From Vicinamibacteria bacterium (GTDB lineage Bacteria > Acidobacteriota > Vicinamibacteria > Fen-336): a stretch of 64,000 nt of DNA. The notes under the pieces are model-generated. The model did not search any database and was not told the origin of the DNA. It saw only the letters and a list, made by a program, of their open reading frames with translations. The position numbers and the translations under genes were made by a program. The stretch covers positions 3,868 to 67,867 of the forward strand of contig JAFGSN010000052.1 of assembly GCA_016934575.1 (NCBI GenBank). The letters are read 5' to 3'. Positions 19,247-29,595 of this stretch are shown here, in pieces; position 1 is the stretch's first letter, and each line of letters starts with the position of its first letter.

Positions 19247-20671
19247 TCACGGAGACGCGGAGTCGCCGCCTCCGCCTCGCGAGCCGCCCCGGAGCGACGC
19301 GGCGGCGGCGCCGAGAAGCGCGACCACGAAGCCGCCTCGGAGAACCAGGACGAAAGCTTCGAAATCCATCGCGCGCCACGGTGAACCCGTCCGGCCGCCC
19401 GCGTTACGGAAGATCAAGCTCGCCGCGGCGACGCCGAGAAGCATGCCGAGAATCCGCGCCTCGGCCAGAACGGCTCCCGCCGTGCCTTGCCGCGCCCGGG
19501 GCGCGGAACCCATGAGTGCGCTTGAGTTCGGAGAGCTAAAGACGCCTACTCCAAGCCCGACGATCGCCAGCCACATCGTTATTTCAAAAGGCGGGCTGTT
19601 GTCGGCAAGCGTCGAGGCGCCGAGCAGGCCCGCGGCCAACACGAGCATGCCCGCGGTCGTCGGAAGACGAGAGCCGAAGCGATCCGACAGCCATCCGGAC
19701 GGCGCGGCGACTAACGCCATCGTCAGCGGCTGTATCGAAAGCAGCAGACCGGCGAAGGCGGGCGAGAAACCAAGCCCCTCTTCAAGATAGAAAGGCATAA
19801 GAAGCGACACGGCCAGGAGCGCGATGTAATTGGCGACGGCGCTCAGCGTCGCGCCGGTGAAAACCCGCGACTGGAAAAGGCGCGGATCGATGAGCGGATG
19901 AGCGCTCCCGTGCTCGAGAGTCACGAAAGCACCGAATCCCAGCAAGGCGATGACGCTGGCGATCAAGGTCGGCGGCTGCGACAAGTCCTGCCACCGGACA
20001 TGACTCAGCCAGCACAAGACAATCGGAAGACCGACAATGATTAAAAGCGCACCGCTCCAGTCAAAACGTTCGCGGGTCGCCCCGCCGCTCCGACGGAGGC
20101 AGCGAAAGGCCAGGGCGATCACGGCCAGGCTCACGATCGTCGAGAAAAAGAACGTCCAGCGCCATCCAAGTGCGGCGATGACGAATCCTCCCAGCGGCGG
20201 ACCCGTCGTCAATCCGAGGTACGTGGCCGTGGCCAGCACGCCCAGGGCGCGCCCGCGCCGCGAGGGAACGACTGCGGCCGTGATAATGGCGGGGCTGGTG
20301 GCCATTATCATCGCGCCACTCACACCCTGGACGACACGCGCGGCGATCAGTATGCCGAACGATCCCGCCAGCCCGCTCACAAGCGTGGATGCTCCGAACA
20401 GCGCGAATCCGAGCATGTAGACGCGCCCATATCCAAAAAGATCGCCGAGGCGTCCAAAAGGCAGGAGCGACACCGCGTTGGCAAGTAAAAACGCCTGGAC
20501 GATCCACTGCGCGGCGTCGAGAGAAAGCGACATCTCGCGCGCGATGCTCGGAAGCGCCAGGTTGACCACGGAACCGGCCATCGCGCTCAGAAACGTTCCG
20601 GTTCCCAGCGTGACCAGAACCAGGTGCGGCCGGTCGCGCGTCTGTTCGCAGCCAAGCGATCTCAGAAACAC
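19247..20671 (-). CDS. MFS transporter, DHA2 (EmrB/QacA) family
   Basis: VNLALPSI, GRLGDLFG, ARVVQG, GPPLGG, WRWTF, GWLSDRFG, SPNSSALM; start uncertain. Confidence 0.88.
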   Translation of the reverse strand: MFLRSLGCEQTRDRPHLVLVTLGTGTFLSAMAGSVVNLALPSIAREMSLSLDAAQWIVQAFLLANAVSLLPFGRLGDLFGYGRVYMLGFALFGASTLVSGLAGSFGILIAARVVQGVSGAMIMATSPAIITAAVVPSRRGRALGVLATATYLGLTTGPPLGGFVIAALGWRWTFFFSTIVSLAVIALAFRCLRRSGGATRERFDWSGALLIIVGLPIVLCWLSHVRWQDLSQPPTLIASVIALLGFGAFVTLEHGSAHPLIDPRLFQSRVFTGATLSAVANYIALLAVSLLMPFYLEEGLGFSPAFAGLLLSIQPLTMALVAAPSGWLSDRFGSRLPTTAGMLVLAAGLLGASTLADNSPPFEITMWLAIVGLGVGVFSSPNSSALMGSAPRARQGTAGAVLAEARILGMLLGVAAASLIFRNAGGRTGSPWRAMDFEAFVLVLRGGFVVALLGAAAASLRGGSRGGGGDSASP

Positions 20672-20793
20672 GAAGGCAATGGTACGTCAAAGAAAGGCTT
20701 CGCTGCCATGACTGTCGCGGCGACGCGCGGATCGCGGATTGAAACGCCGGGTCTTCCGTTGGACTCGCCGCTCAACGCCGACGGAAGAGTCGA

Positions 20794-21165
20794 CTACGAA
20801 GCATCCTTGCCACGGGACGGCGAGCGCGGCCGAGCCAGTTTCGCGCCGCCGCGCGCGGCTTGTTTCAGATGATTGACGATGTGGAGCTTGTCCTCCATGG
20901 CGACTTTGCGAATCTGAAAACCGAAGCCCGCGGGAAGATGAGGCGCTCGCCGCTCCTTCCCCTCGTTCGTCCAGATCACGACGCCGGCGACGACGAAGGC
21001 GGGGCGCGATCCAAGCGCAAGCTTGAGGGCCACCGCCGTCCCTTGCATCGGCGGAATCGGCGTGCAGACGAACATCCCGCCGACGCTGATGTTGGCGATC
21101 GGGGCCGGCGCCTCGCTATACCATGCCCGCGCGTCGTCCAGGACGTATCGATCGGTCGAATACAT
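20794..21165 (-). CDS. PilZ-like domain protein
   Basis: NISVGGMFV, GVVIWT, PAGFGFQ; RxxxR motif not evident. Confidence 0.7.
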   Translation of the reverse strand: MYSTDRYVLDDARAWYSEAPAPIANISVGGMFVCTPIPPMQGTAVALKLALGSRPAFVVAGVVIWTNEGKERRAPHLPAGFGFQIRKVAMEDKLHIVNHLKQAARGGAKLARPRSPSRGKDAS

Positions 21166-21319
21166 ATCTCACCTTCTTCCCATGATGCGGAAGACAGCCA
21201 ATGTATTTTAACAAATCGCACGACGCCGTGTGAATGGCCTTGACGAACATCGCTCCCTCTCGCCGTTCAAACCGCGAGATGGAAACGCGCGACCATCGTT
21301 CGTCGATGGACCGGCGGGC

Positions 21320-22474
21320 TCAGCCTTTTTCGCAGGCGGCGCGGAGAGCGTCGCTCTGGTTCGACTTCTCCCATGTGAAGTCGGGCTCGTTTCGTCCGAA
21401 GTGGCCGTAAGCGGCGGTGTTCTTGAAAATCGGACGGCGCAGCTTGAGGTATTCGATGACGCCGCCGGGCGTCAGGGGGAAGATGTCTCGTATCGCCTTG
21501 ACGAGGCGCCTGTCGTCGACTTGGCCCGTGCCCATCGTGTCGACCATGATCGACACCGGATCCGGCACGCCGATGGCATAGGCGATCTGCAGCTCGATTT
21601 TGCGCGCCAATCCCGCCGCCACGACGTTCTTGGCGATGTGGCGGGCCATATAGGAGGCCGAGCGATCGACCTTCGTCGGATCCTTGCCCGAGAAGGCGCC
21701 GCCGCCGTGGCTGCCGACTCCGCCGTAGGTATCGACGATGATCTTACGCCCGGTAAGGCCGCAGTCGCCCTGAGGCCCGCCGACCACGAAGCGGCCGGTC
21801 GGATTGATGAGAAACTTCGTCTGGTCGTCGAGCAACTCGGCGGGAATCACCGCGCGGATGACCTCGTCCGCGATATCGGCGCGAAGCTGTTCGATGGAAA
21901 CGTCCGGGCTGTGTTGAGTCGAGATGATGACGGCCTCGACTCGCAACGGTTTTCCATCGTCATATTCGATCGTGACTTGGCTCTTGCCGTCGGGACGAAG
22001 GTAATCGAGCAAACCCTCCTTGCGCACCGCGCTCAGCCGCCGGACGAGCTTGTGCGCGGCCATGATCGGCATCGGCATCAACTCGGGCGTCTCGTCGCAT
22101 GCATAACCGAACATCAAGCCTTGATCGCCTGCGCCGCCGGGATCGACGCCCATCGCGATGTCGGGCGATTGCTCGTGAATGGCCGATATCACCGAGCAGG
22201 TCTCGTAGTCGAATCCATACTTGGCGCGCGTGTAGCCGACGTCCCGGATCGTTTCGCGCACGATCGCGGGCAGATCGGCGTAGGCCTGCGTCGTGATCTC
22301 GCCGGCGATGAATGCCAGGCCGGTGGTCACCAGCGTCTCGCACGCGACGCGGCTTTTCGGGTCCTGCGCGATCAGAGCGTCGAGAACGGCGTCGGAAATC
22401 TGATCGGCGATCTTGTCGGGATGACCTTCGGTCACGGATTCCGACGAGAAGAGGTGTCGTTCGGCTTTGCTCAT
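21320..22474 (-). CDS. metK: S-adenosylmethionine synthetase
   Basis: [64 protein letters not shown]. Confidence 0.98.
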   Translation of the reverse strand: MSKAERHLFSSESVTEGHPDKIADQISDAVLDALIAQDPKSRVACETLVTTGLAFIAGEITTQAYADLPAIVRETIRDVGYTRAKYGFDYETCSVISAIHEQSPDIAMGVDPGGAGDQGLMFGYACDETPELMPMPIMAAHKLVRRLSAVRKEGLLDYLRPDGKSQVTIEYDDGKPLRVEAVIISTQHSPDVSIEQLRADIADEVIRAVIPAELLDDQTKFLINPTGRFVVGGPQGDCGLTGRKIIVDTYGGVGSHGGGAFSGKDPTKVDRSASYMARHIAKNVVAAGLARKIELQIAYAIGVPDPVSIMVDTMGTGQVDDRRLVKAIRDIFPLTPGGVIEYLKLRRPIFKNTAAYGHFGRNEPDFTWEKSNQSDALRAACEKG

Positions 22475-22645
22475 TGCTCCTCCGGCAGTGCGGTTTGATG
22501 GTTCAGAAGCGACATCGGCGGAGCGTCACGATTCCGCGCGATAAAAGCGGATTAGCGTACCACCGCGCCTCGGAACGGTCAATCATGCCGTGGCGAGCGG
22601 GTCACGGCGCGGTTGCGTCGCCGCCTCGAATGCAGTCACAATGCA

Positions 22646-22674
22646 TTGACGGAGGCGCGGCGAGCGCCTATCTT
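22646..22674 (+). promoter_or_regulatory. Sigma-70-type promoter upstream of the SGNH-like gene/murA/mutY
   Basis: TTGACG-N17-TATCTT. Confidence 0.45.
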
Positions 22675-22707
22675 CGAGGACGTATCGAGACGTGTTCCGA
22701 TCTGCGC

Positions 22708-23583
22708 ATGACTGATTTGTTACGGTGGTCCTTGATCGTCTGGTTCGCGGGCGGCGGTTTCATCGCCGGCGTCATTGGCATCGGCGCGGTGTCGGCCATC
22801 TCGGTCTTCAGACCCCGTCCGAGGCGCATGCTCCCGCGCGTCATTGCTTACATCGCCCTTCCGCTTCTCGCCCTTTCCGCGATACCGATGCCCTGGTGGC
22901 TATATCTGGCTTACTCCGGGGCGACTCTGGCCTGGTGCGAAATGGAGCGCCGCGTCCCGGATTCGCGGCCGCTGATCGCCGTGCCGCGGATCATCGTGGC
23001 GTCGTCGTCGTTGCTCGTCGCCGGCTGGTTCCTGGTCCGACAGATTCCTCATCGTCTCCCGCACGTCGACAAGACGCCGATCGTCGTCTTGCGCACGACG
23101 CAAGGCGACGATCCTGCATCGGAAGACTCCTGGCCGCGCATGCTGGCGACCTTGCTCGGCGCTCCGATCGACGATCGCTCGCTGAGCCTCGACCCGTCTC
23201 AAACGGCGGAGCATGCTTTTCTCACGCCTCGCCCTGGAATCGTCATCGTCGAGATCGGGCCGCATGAGTTTTTCGCGCGTATCACGGCCCGCGAGACGCA
23301 TGACGGGATCGAACGGCTGCTAGCAATGCTCGCGCGTCGCAAGCATGCGGTGATCATGCTCGAGACGCCGCTCGGTCCGTTGGAGAACCGCCACGGCGAA
23401 ATCCTGCGCCGTCTGGCGCGACGATATGACGTCATGCTCATCCCGCGTTGGGTGCTCGCACGTGCCTGGGTCGACTCCGCCGCCGGTCCGGCCGGACGAG
23501 AGGAGGCTCAGCGCTTCATCGCGCGTCGCCTGCACGAAGTATTACGACCGCTGAGGAAATCCCAGGCGCGCGGCGATGGATAG
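22708..23583 (+). CDS. Membrane protein (about 4 TM) with a degenerate SGNH/GDSL hydrolase-like domain
   Basis: Hydrophobic N-half; SWPRMLA, IVIVEIG, LRRLARRYDVMLIP fit the SGNH fold, but GDS, GxND and DxxH are absent. Confidence 0.55.
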   Translation: MTDLLRWSLIVWFAGGGFIAGVIGIGAVSAISVFRPRPRRMLPRVIAYIALPLLALSAIPMPWWLYLAYSGATLAWCEMERRVPDSRPLIAVPRIIVASSSLLVAGWFLVRQIPHRLPHVDKTPIVVLRTTQGDDPASEDSWPRMLATLLGAPIDDRSLSLDPSQTAEHAFLTPRPGIVIVEIGPHEFFARITARETHDGIERLLAMLARRKHAVIMLETPLGPLENRHGEILRRLARRYDVMLIPRWVLARAWVDSAAGPAGREEAQRFIARRLHEVLRPLRKSQARGDG

Positions 23584-24829
23584 AATCCGAGTGCTCGGCG
23601 GCCGCCCCCTGGAAGGCACCGTTCGCATCTCCGGAGCGAAGAACGCTTCGCTCCCCGACATGTGCGCCACTCTTCTCGCGGACGAGCCCGTCGTCCTGCA
23701 CAACATCCCGGAGGTGCGCGATATCTGCACCATGGCACGGGTTCTGGAAGCTCTGGGGGCGGCGGTCGATTTTCGCGTGGGCGGCACGATCGAAATCCAT
23801 GCGCGCACGCTGCGCTCCATCGAGGCGCCTTACGACCTCGTGAAAACCATGCGAGCATCCGTGTTGGTCCTGGGCCCGCTGCTCGCGCGCGAGGGCCGCG
23901 CGCGCGTCTCGCTGCCCGGCGGCTGCGCGATCGGAGCGCGACCGATCAATCTTCACCTGCAAGCGCTCTCCAAGCTGGGCGCCGAGGTCGACGTGCAGCA
24001 CGGTTACGTCGAAGCGATCGCGAAGCGTTTGCAAGGCGCGAACGTCATGTTCGACACCGTGACCGTCACCGGAACCGAGAATGTGATCATGGCCGCCTGT
24101 CGCGCGCAAGGCGAGACCGTTATCGAAAACGCCGCCTGTGAGCCCGAAATCGTCGATCTCTGCGATCTGCTCCGCGCCATGGGCGGCGAGATCGACGGCG
24201 CCGGCACGCCAAGGATCCGCATACGGGGCGTGGACCGCCTGCATGGCGCGACGCATGCCGTCATGCCCGACCGCATCGAGACCGGCACCTATCTCGCGGC
24301 CTGCGCCGTCGCGGGCGGCGAGATCGAAATCTACGCGTGTCGCCCGGATCATCTGCGCGGCGTCCTTGACAAGCTTCGCGAGACGGGCGTGCGGATCGAG
24401 GAGGGTCCCGACAACTTGCGCGTGCGCGCGCCGCGAGTGATCCGCGCGACCGACGTGACGACTTCACCGTTCCCCGGCTTTCCCACCGACATGCAGGCGC
24501 AATACATGGCGCTCATGACCCAGGCCTCTGGAACGTGCACGATCACCGAGACGATCTTCGAAAACCGTTTCATGCACGTGGCCGAGTTGCGCCGCATGGG
24601 CGCCGACGTGCGCGCCGACGGACGAACGGCGCTGATCGTCGGCCCCACGCCGCTCTCCGGCGCGCAACTCATGGCGACGGACCTACGGGCTTCAGCCTGC
24701 CTCGTTCTCGCCGGCCTGGCGGCGAGCGGCGAAACGATCGTGGAGCGCGTTTACCATCTGGATCGCGGATATTATCGCATTGACGAAAAGCTGCGCGGCC
24801 TGGGCGCGGACATCGAGCGTTTGAAGTAG
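23576..24829 (+). CDS. murA: UDP-N-acetylglucosamine 1-carboxyvinyltransferase
   Basis: ISGAKNA, MRASVLVLGPLLAR, LPGGCAIGARP, PDRIETGT, FPGFPTDMQAQ, ATDLRA, HLDRGY. Confidence 0.98.
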   Translation: MDRIRVLGGRPLEGTVRISGAKNASLPDMCATLLADEPVVLHNIPEVRDICTMARVLEALGAAVDFRVGGTIEIHARTLRSIEAPYDLVKTMRASVLVLGPLLAREGRARVSLPGGCAIGARPINLHLQALSKLGAEVDVQHGYVEAIAKRLQGANVMFDTVTVTGTENVIMAACRAQGETVIENAACEPEIVDLCDLLRAMGGEIDGAGTPRIRIRGVDRLHGATHAVMPDRIETGTYLAACAVAGGEIEIYACRPDHLRGVLDKLRETGVRIEEGPDNLRVRAPRVIRATDVTTSPFPGFPTDMQAQYMALMTQASGTCTITETIFENRFMHVAELRRMGADVRADGRTALIVGPTPLSGAQLMATDLRASACLVLAGLAASGETIVERVYHLDRGYYRIDEKLRGLGADIERLK

Positions 24830-24842
24830 ATCGTCGATCAGA

Positions 24843-25904
24843 ATGCCACGCACGAATTCATTGCAGAACCTTTCGGCATGGTACCGCCGGAATCGGCGCG
24901 AGCTGCCGTGGCGGCATAGCGGCGATCCATACCACATCTGGGTGGCGGAGGTCATGCTTCAGCAAACGACAGTGAGGTCCATGACGCCATATTACGAGGC
25001 TTTCCTGCGCCGTTTCCCCTCGATCGGCGCCCTCGCCGCGGCAAGCGAGGACGAAGTCGTCAGCGCCTGGTCCGGCCTCGGATACTACCATCGCGCGCGC
25101 AACCTTTTACGCGGCGCGCGACACGTCGTCGAACGCCATCGCGGGCGCTTCCCCGACGATCTGGATCACGCTCTCGCCGTTCCCGGCGTCGGGCTCTACA
25201 CGGCAAGCGCCGTCCTCTCGATCGCATTCAATCGGCCGCTGGCCGTCGTCGACGGCAACGTGCGCCGCGTCCTGGCGCGGATCCATGCTCTACGCGGACG
25301 ATCAAAGCGCAAGGAATCGAACTATCACCGCATGGCCGTCGAAATCCTCGATCGCCGCAATCCCGGAGAATGGAACCAGGCGTTGATGGAACTGGGCGCC
25401 CTGATCTGCACTCCGCGCAATCCGGCCTGTCCGGCCTGTCCCGTGCGCACGGCCTGCGCGGCACGACGCCTCGGACTTACTGCCGTGATTCCGGAAACAC
25501 GACCGCGCCGGGCGACTGCGGACGTTTACGTCAAGGCCGCCGTGATCGAGCGCTCGGGACGTTTGCTGCTCGTCCGAGGCGCCGAGACGCCGCTCCAGCG
25601 ACTCTGGTGCGTGCCGCACACGTCACTGGACTCGACTGTTGCTCCCAACCTTGCGGAGGAGCTCCGAAAACGATACGGAATGGCGATTGAACCGGGCCCC
25701 TTGTTGCTCCGCACACGTCACCGTGTGACGTTTCGACGCATTCGCCTCGAGGCGCATGCCGCCCGACTCCACTCGAATCCCGACTCCACGGCGCACGATC
25801 TTCTCTGGGCCGCGCCTGAAGAAATCGACGACCTTCCCGCTTCTTCCATGACACGTAAGATCATCAAGGCCTGGCTCGCCCGACAGCTCGCACTCGATCT
25901 TTGA
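24843..25904 (+). CDS. mutY: A/G-specific adenine glycosylase
   Basis: RELPWR, EVMLQQT, WSGLGYYHRARNL, PGVGLYTA, VDGNVRRV, Fe-S loop CTPRNPACPACPVRTAC. Confidence 0.95.
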   Translation: MPRTNSLQNLSAWYRRNRRELPWRHSGDPYHIWVAEVMLQQTTVRSMTPYYEAFLRRFPSIGALAAASEDEVVSAWSGLGYYHRARNLLRGARHVVERHRGRFPDDLDHALAVPGVGLYTASAVLSIAFNRPLAVVDGNVRRVLARIHALRGRSKRKESNYHRMAVEILDRRNPGEWNQALMELGALICTPRNPACPACPVRTACAARRLGLTAVIPETRPRRATADVYVKAAVIERSGRLLLVRGAETPLQRLWCVPHTSLDSTVAPNLAEELRKRYGMAIEPGPLLLRTRHRVTFRRIRLEAHAARLHSNPDSTAHDLLWAAPEEIDDLPASSMTRKIIKAWLARQLALDL

Positions 25905-26164
25905 TCCGTCATCCGGCATCTTACGCGACCGAACCGTTACAATGACTCGCGACATTCCGTGAGCGCGCGGTTTTTGCTCGGCGAATCCATCCGTGACGAT
26001 CATGCCCGCTCGTTGGTCGAGCGGCGCCGTGGCCACGATGTAAACAAGCAAACACACAATCGCGTCGCGCGTAATCCTTCCGACCACGCGTATGGCGCGA
26101 GCTTCATGTGGGCCACGCTCATCGAGTTGCTGCAAAAGCGAGGGCTCGGTGTACACTACGCATT

Positions 26165-26506
26165 ATGGATTGTTTATTCTGTGACATTGCTTCCGGACGT
26201 CTGGCCAGCAAGAAGGCTTATGAGGACGACGACATTCTGGCGTTTCACGACATCAACCCTCAAGCGCCTGTGCATGTTCTCGTGATACCCAAGAAGCACG
26301 TCGCCAGCCTGCTTGATTTGGCTCCCGAAGACGACGCTCTCGTCGGCGCTCTCGTTCGTACGGCGCGAGACCTCGCCCATCGGCTGGGTCTGTCCGAACG
26401 CGGATTCCGCCTCGTGCTGAACTGCGGCGCCGATGCAGGATACAGCGTCTTCCACGTCCATCTGCATCTGATCGGCGGTCGCGCTCTCGGGTGGCCGCCC
26501 GGTTGA
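26165..26506 (+). CDS. Histidine triad nucleotide-binding protein (HinT-like)
   Basis: MDCLFC, AFHDINPQAPVHVLVIPK, HVHLH triad, WPPG. Confidence 0.93.
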   Translation: MDCLFCDIASGRLASKKAYEDDDILAFHDINPQAPVHVLVIPKKHVASLLDLAPEDDALVGALVRTARDLAHRLGLSERGFRLVLNCGADAGYSVFHVHLHLIGGRALGWPPG

Positions 26507-26522
26507 TCCCGAGGAAACGGCT

Positions 26523-28373
26523 TTGAGCGAATCCACGCCTTCGTCTGATCTCTCCGAGATCGCCGGCCGCTATCAGGTGGTCACGAAACTCGGCGCCGGA
26601 GCGTTCGGAACAGTCTTCAAGGCTCGAGACAAGGTCCTGGGTCGCATGGTGGCCATCAAGACGATTCGTCTCGACGGCCTCGCCGCGGCCGGCGTCAGCC
26701 GCGAAGAGCTCATGGACCGCTTCGGACGCGAAGCCCGCATCGCGGCCCAGATCAAGCATCCGAACATCGTCACCATTTATGACGTTGGCGAAACGGGAGG
26801 CGTGAACTACCTGGCGATGGAGTACATCGACGGGATCGGTCTCGACAAGCTCATCGTCTCATCGGGTCCACTGCCGGCGGAACGTGCCGGAGCCATCGCG
26901 GCGCAGGTGGCCGACGCTTTGGACCATGCGCACCGACACCACGTTGTTCACCGCGATATCAAGCCGGCCAACGTGATGATCGAAGCCGGCGACCACGTGA
27001 AAGTGACGGACTTCGGCATCGCCAAACCTCTGGACGCCAGCGAAAAACTTACCATCACCGGCAGCCTGCTCGGAACGCCCTCTTATATAAGCCCGGAGCA
27101 AGCCCGCGGCGGAGCGATCGACGGCCGCAGCGACCTGTTTGCTCTTGGCTGCATTCTTTACGAGATGCTGTCGGGCAAGAGGGCGTTCACCGGCGAATCG
27201 ATCACCGGCCTGATCTTCAAGATCATCACCGAAGAGCCGCCTCCCCTGCGCTCCCTGGCACCTACGGTGCCGGAGGCAATGGCGCGGATCGTGGACAGGG
27301 CGCTCGCGAAAGTCCCGGGAAAACGCTACCAGTCCGGACAAGAGATGGCCAGGGATCTGAGCGCCTTGACCGGCCCGGCGGCCGTGCCCACCGTACGTCA
27401 CGCCGATGTCCCGACCGCGTCGCTCCCGCAGGAGACCGTGCGAAGCCTGCCTCAAAAGGCGCCGAGCAGCCCGGACGTTCCAACACGCGTCGTCTCGCCG
27501 ACGCGCGCCGAGACGTCTCCGGGAGTGCGCCCGATCCCTTCATCGCCGCGGAGATCCATCTGGCTAGTCCTTGCGCTTCTGGGAGTTGTCGGTTTGATCC
27601 TCGTCGCCGGCGCCGCCGGCGTGGCGTGGCACGTCATGCGACCAAAGCCACGGCCGATCGTCGCGCCCGGCGATAGTACGACGATCGATGCGCTTCCGCC
27701 CGAGACGTCTACGGCGGAATCGGTCGCGGATGAATCAACCACCGAAATCCCTCAGAGCCCGCTCGGGACGGATGCGTCTCTCACTGGCGGCGGAACCGGC
27801 ATGGCGAGCGCTCATCATCCTCGAACAATGGCCTCCGTCTCGTCGCGTCTCGATGGCCGTGAAAAGCCGCCGCCCGCCGCCGCCCCTCAAACTTTGATGC
27901 CTGAACCAGCCGCTCGTGCGTCCGCCATACCCCCGGAGAGCGATTACTCCCTTCTCGATCCTCTTCCGGACGAGGAAGCCGACGGCTCTGAAACCGGTCA
28001 CCGCCTGGCCGGCATGTATCGGCGCGACGTCGGCTCAAGTCACGGGACCCACCAGCCGATGCGCGTACGGCGCAGAGTTCCGATCGGCGCTCCCGCCGAA
28101 CGGCCCGCGCTCCGAATGATGCATCACATCATCAACGCCGAGGAATCGCACAAGAGCGAGACGGGCAAATACGTCGATCTGCCCGCTCTCGCTCGCGCCG
28201 GCAAGCTGACTCCCGCCGTGACGCAGACTCTTGGAAAGTGGAGCGAAAACTACTATCGCTTCGAGATCCGCGTCGAGGACGGCGGCTTTAGGCTGCTCGC
28301 GATTCCAATGATGCGTCGTGAGACGCGTCCATTCGTCGCCGACGACTCCGGCATCATCCAGCCGAGCCGGTGA
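26523..28373 (+). CDS. Hanks-type Ser/Thr protein kinase with one TM, Pro-rich linker and C-terminal pilin-like domain
   Basis: LGAGAFG, VAIK, HRDIKPAN, DFG, GTPSYISPEQ, SDLFALG; TM IWLVLALLGVVGLILVAG. Confidence 0.9.
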   Translation: MSESTPSSDLSEIAGRYQVVTKLGAGAFGTVFKARDKVLGRMVAIKTIRLDGLAAAGVSREELMDRFGREARIAAQIKHPNIVTIYDVGETGGVNYLAMEYIDGIGLDKLIVSSGPLPAERAGAIAAQVADALDHAHRHHVVHRDIKPANVMIEAGDHVKVTDFGIAKPLDASEKLTITGSLLGTPSYISPEQARGGAIDGRSDLFALGCILYEMLSGKRAFTGESITGLIFKIITEEPPPLRSLAPTVPEAMARIVDRALAKVPGKRYQSGQEMARDLSALTGPAAVPTVRHADVPTASLPQETVRSLPQKAPSSPDVPTRVVSPTRAETSPGVRPIPSSPRRSIWLVLALLGVVGLILVAGAAGVAWHVMRPKPRPIVAPGDSTTIDALPPETSTAESVADESTTEIPQSPLGTDASLTGGGTGMASAHHPRTMASVSSRLDGREKPPPAAAPQTLMPEPAARASAIPPESDYSLLDPLPDEEADGSETGHRLAGMYRRDVGSSHGTHQPMRVRRRVPIGAPAERPALRMMHHIINAEESHKSETGKYVDLPALARAGKLTPAVTQTLGKWSENYYRFEIRVEDGGFRLLAIPMMRRETRPFVADDSGIIQPSR

Positions 28374-28403
28374 ATTCGTCGCGGAAGACGCGAAGCCTCT
28401 TGA

Positions 28404-29519
28404 CTAGAGCGTCAGTTCGGCCCGCAACCGTCCGCGGCTATCGCGGTATTGATTGAGGAAGCCGTACTCGAAGGACACTCTGAACCGTGGAATCACATGG
28501 ATTTGCACGCCGGGGAAGAAGCCGAGATACGTGCTCCGTCGTTCATCCGAAGACGTCGGCGCGACGTCCGTCCGCGGAGTCGGCGTCGCATACGTCGGTT
28601 GATCGACCAGGCTCATGCGAGCGGTGATGACGACCCGCTCCTCCAGATGATAGTCGCTCTGGATAAAAGCGCCGGCGACAAGACGCTCATCGCCGTACTT
28701 GCCGACGGCGACGAGGCCGTACATATTCAGATGCGCGAACCAGAGATTCCAGTCAAGACCGCCGCGGAAGTGGCTCTTGTCTTGCGGGGCGTTCGAGCCC
28801 AGGTGGGCGAACGCTCCGATTCTGTGCAAACGACAGGGAACGGCGGCTCTCATGAAGACGCTGAAATCATCGTCGCGTTCGGAATTTTCTCCCGCGAAAA
28901 GACCGAGCGACCAGCGGGAATCTCCTTTAAGAGCTCCGCCCAGCTCTATCCCATCCTTGCGCTCTCCCAGCGCATCCGGCCCGAAAGCGTCATAGACGTC
29001 GTATTCGAAAAGATGCGCGCTGCGGGTCTGCGTGAAGGGCAAATCCATCTCCATGCGGCCGCCGCGCAAGTAAACCCCTCCTCTGCGCGAGAGCTCGTAG
29101 CGCAAGTACGCGTTGTCCGGCTCGACGTGCGTGGGATCTTGGCCGGGTTTGCTGTAAAAACGCAGGCCGTCATCCACCCAGTACGAAAAACGATCGCCGA
29201 GATTTCCGGCCGAAACCAGCTTGACCGCTCCCTCGGACTCGCTTTCATCCCCCTCGACAAAGCCGTGGTTGAACGCGGCGCGACCGGAGATCGGCAGGCT
29301 GCGCAGCCACTCGCGCGAATCGAAGCTCGTCTCTCGTTCGAGTCGAAAACCCCGCTCCTTGAAACTCTGGCCGACGTTATTGAGCTTGGGATAGCCGGTG
29401 TGGCACAGGTTGCAGCTCACTTGATATCGTCGCGCGAACGCGGGCAGCGCGCTTGCCGTTCCACACCAGAGCATGGAAACGCAAGCGGCCAGCGCTCCGC
29501 TCGCCAACGCTCGTCTCAT
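28404..29519 (-). CDS. Outer-membrane porin-like protein with an N-terminal c-type heme motif (ExtI-like)
   Basis: Signal peptide ending ASA, LPAFARRYQVSCNLCH..PKLN..G..F..RGF, then alternating beta-strand pattern to the C-terminus. Confidence 0.7.
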   Translation of the reverse strand: MRRALASGALAACVSMLWCGTASALPAFARRYQVSCNLCHTGYPKLNNVGQSFKERGFRLERETSFDSREWLRSLPISGRAAFNHGFVEGDESESEGAVKLVSAGNLGDRFSYWVDDGLRFYSKPGQDPTHVEPDNAYLRYELSRRGGVYLRGGRMEMDLPFTQTRSAHLFEYDVYDAFGPDALGERKDGIELGGALKGDSRWSLGLFAGENSERDDDFSVFMRAAVPCRLHRIGAFAHLGSNAPQDKSHFRGGLDWNLWFAHLNMYGLVAVGKYGDERLVAGAFIQSDYHLEERVVITARMSLVDQPTYATPTPRTDVAPTSSDERRSTYLGFFPGVQIHVIPRFRVSFEYGFLNQYRDSRGRLRAELTL

Positions 29520-29595
29520 CGCACGATCTCCCCGTTCGTCATGATTGATTACTCTACTCGAACACGACAAGGCGCACCAGCCTCCAAACGGCGGA

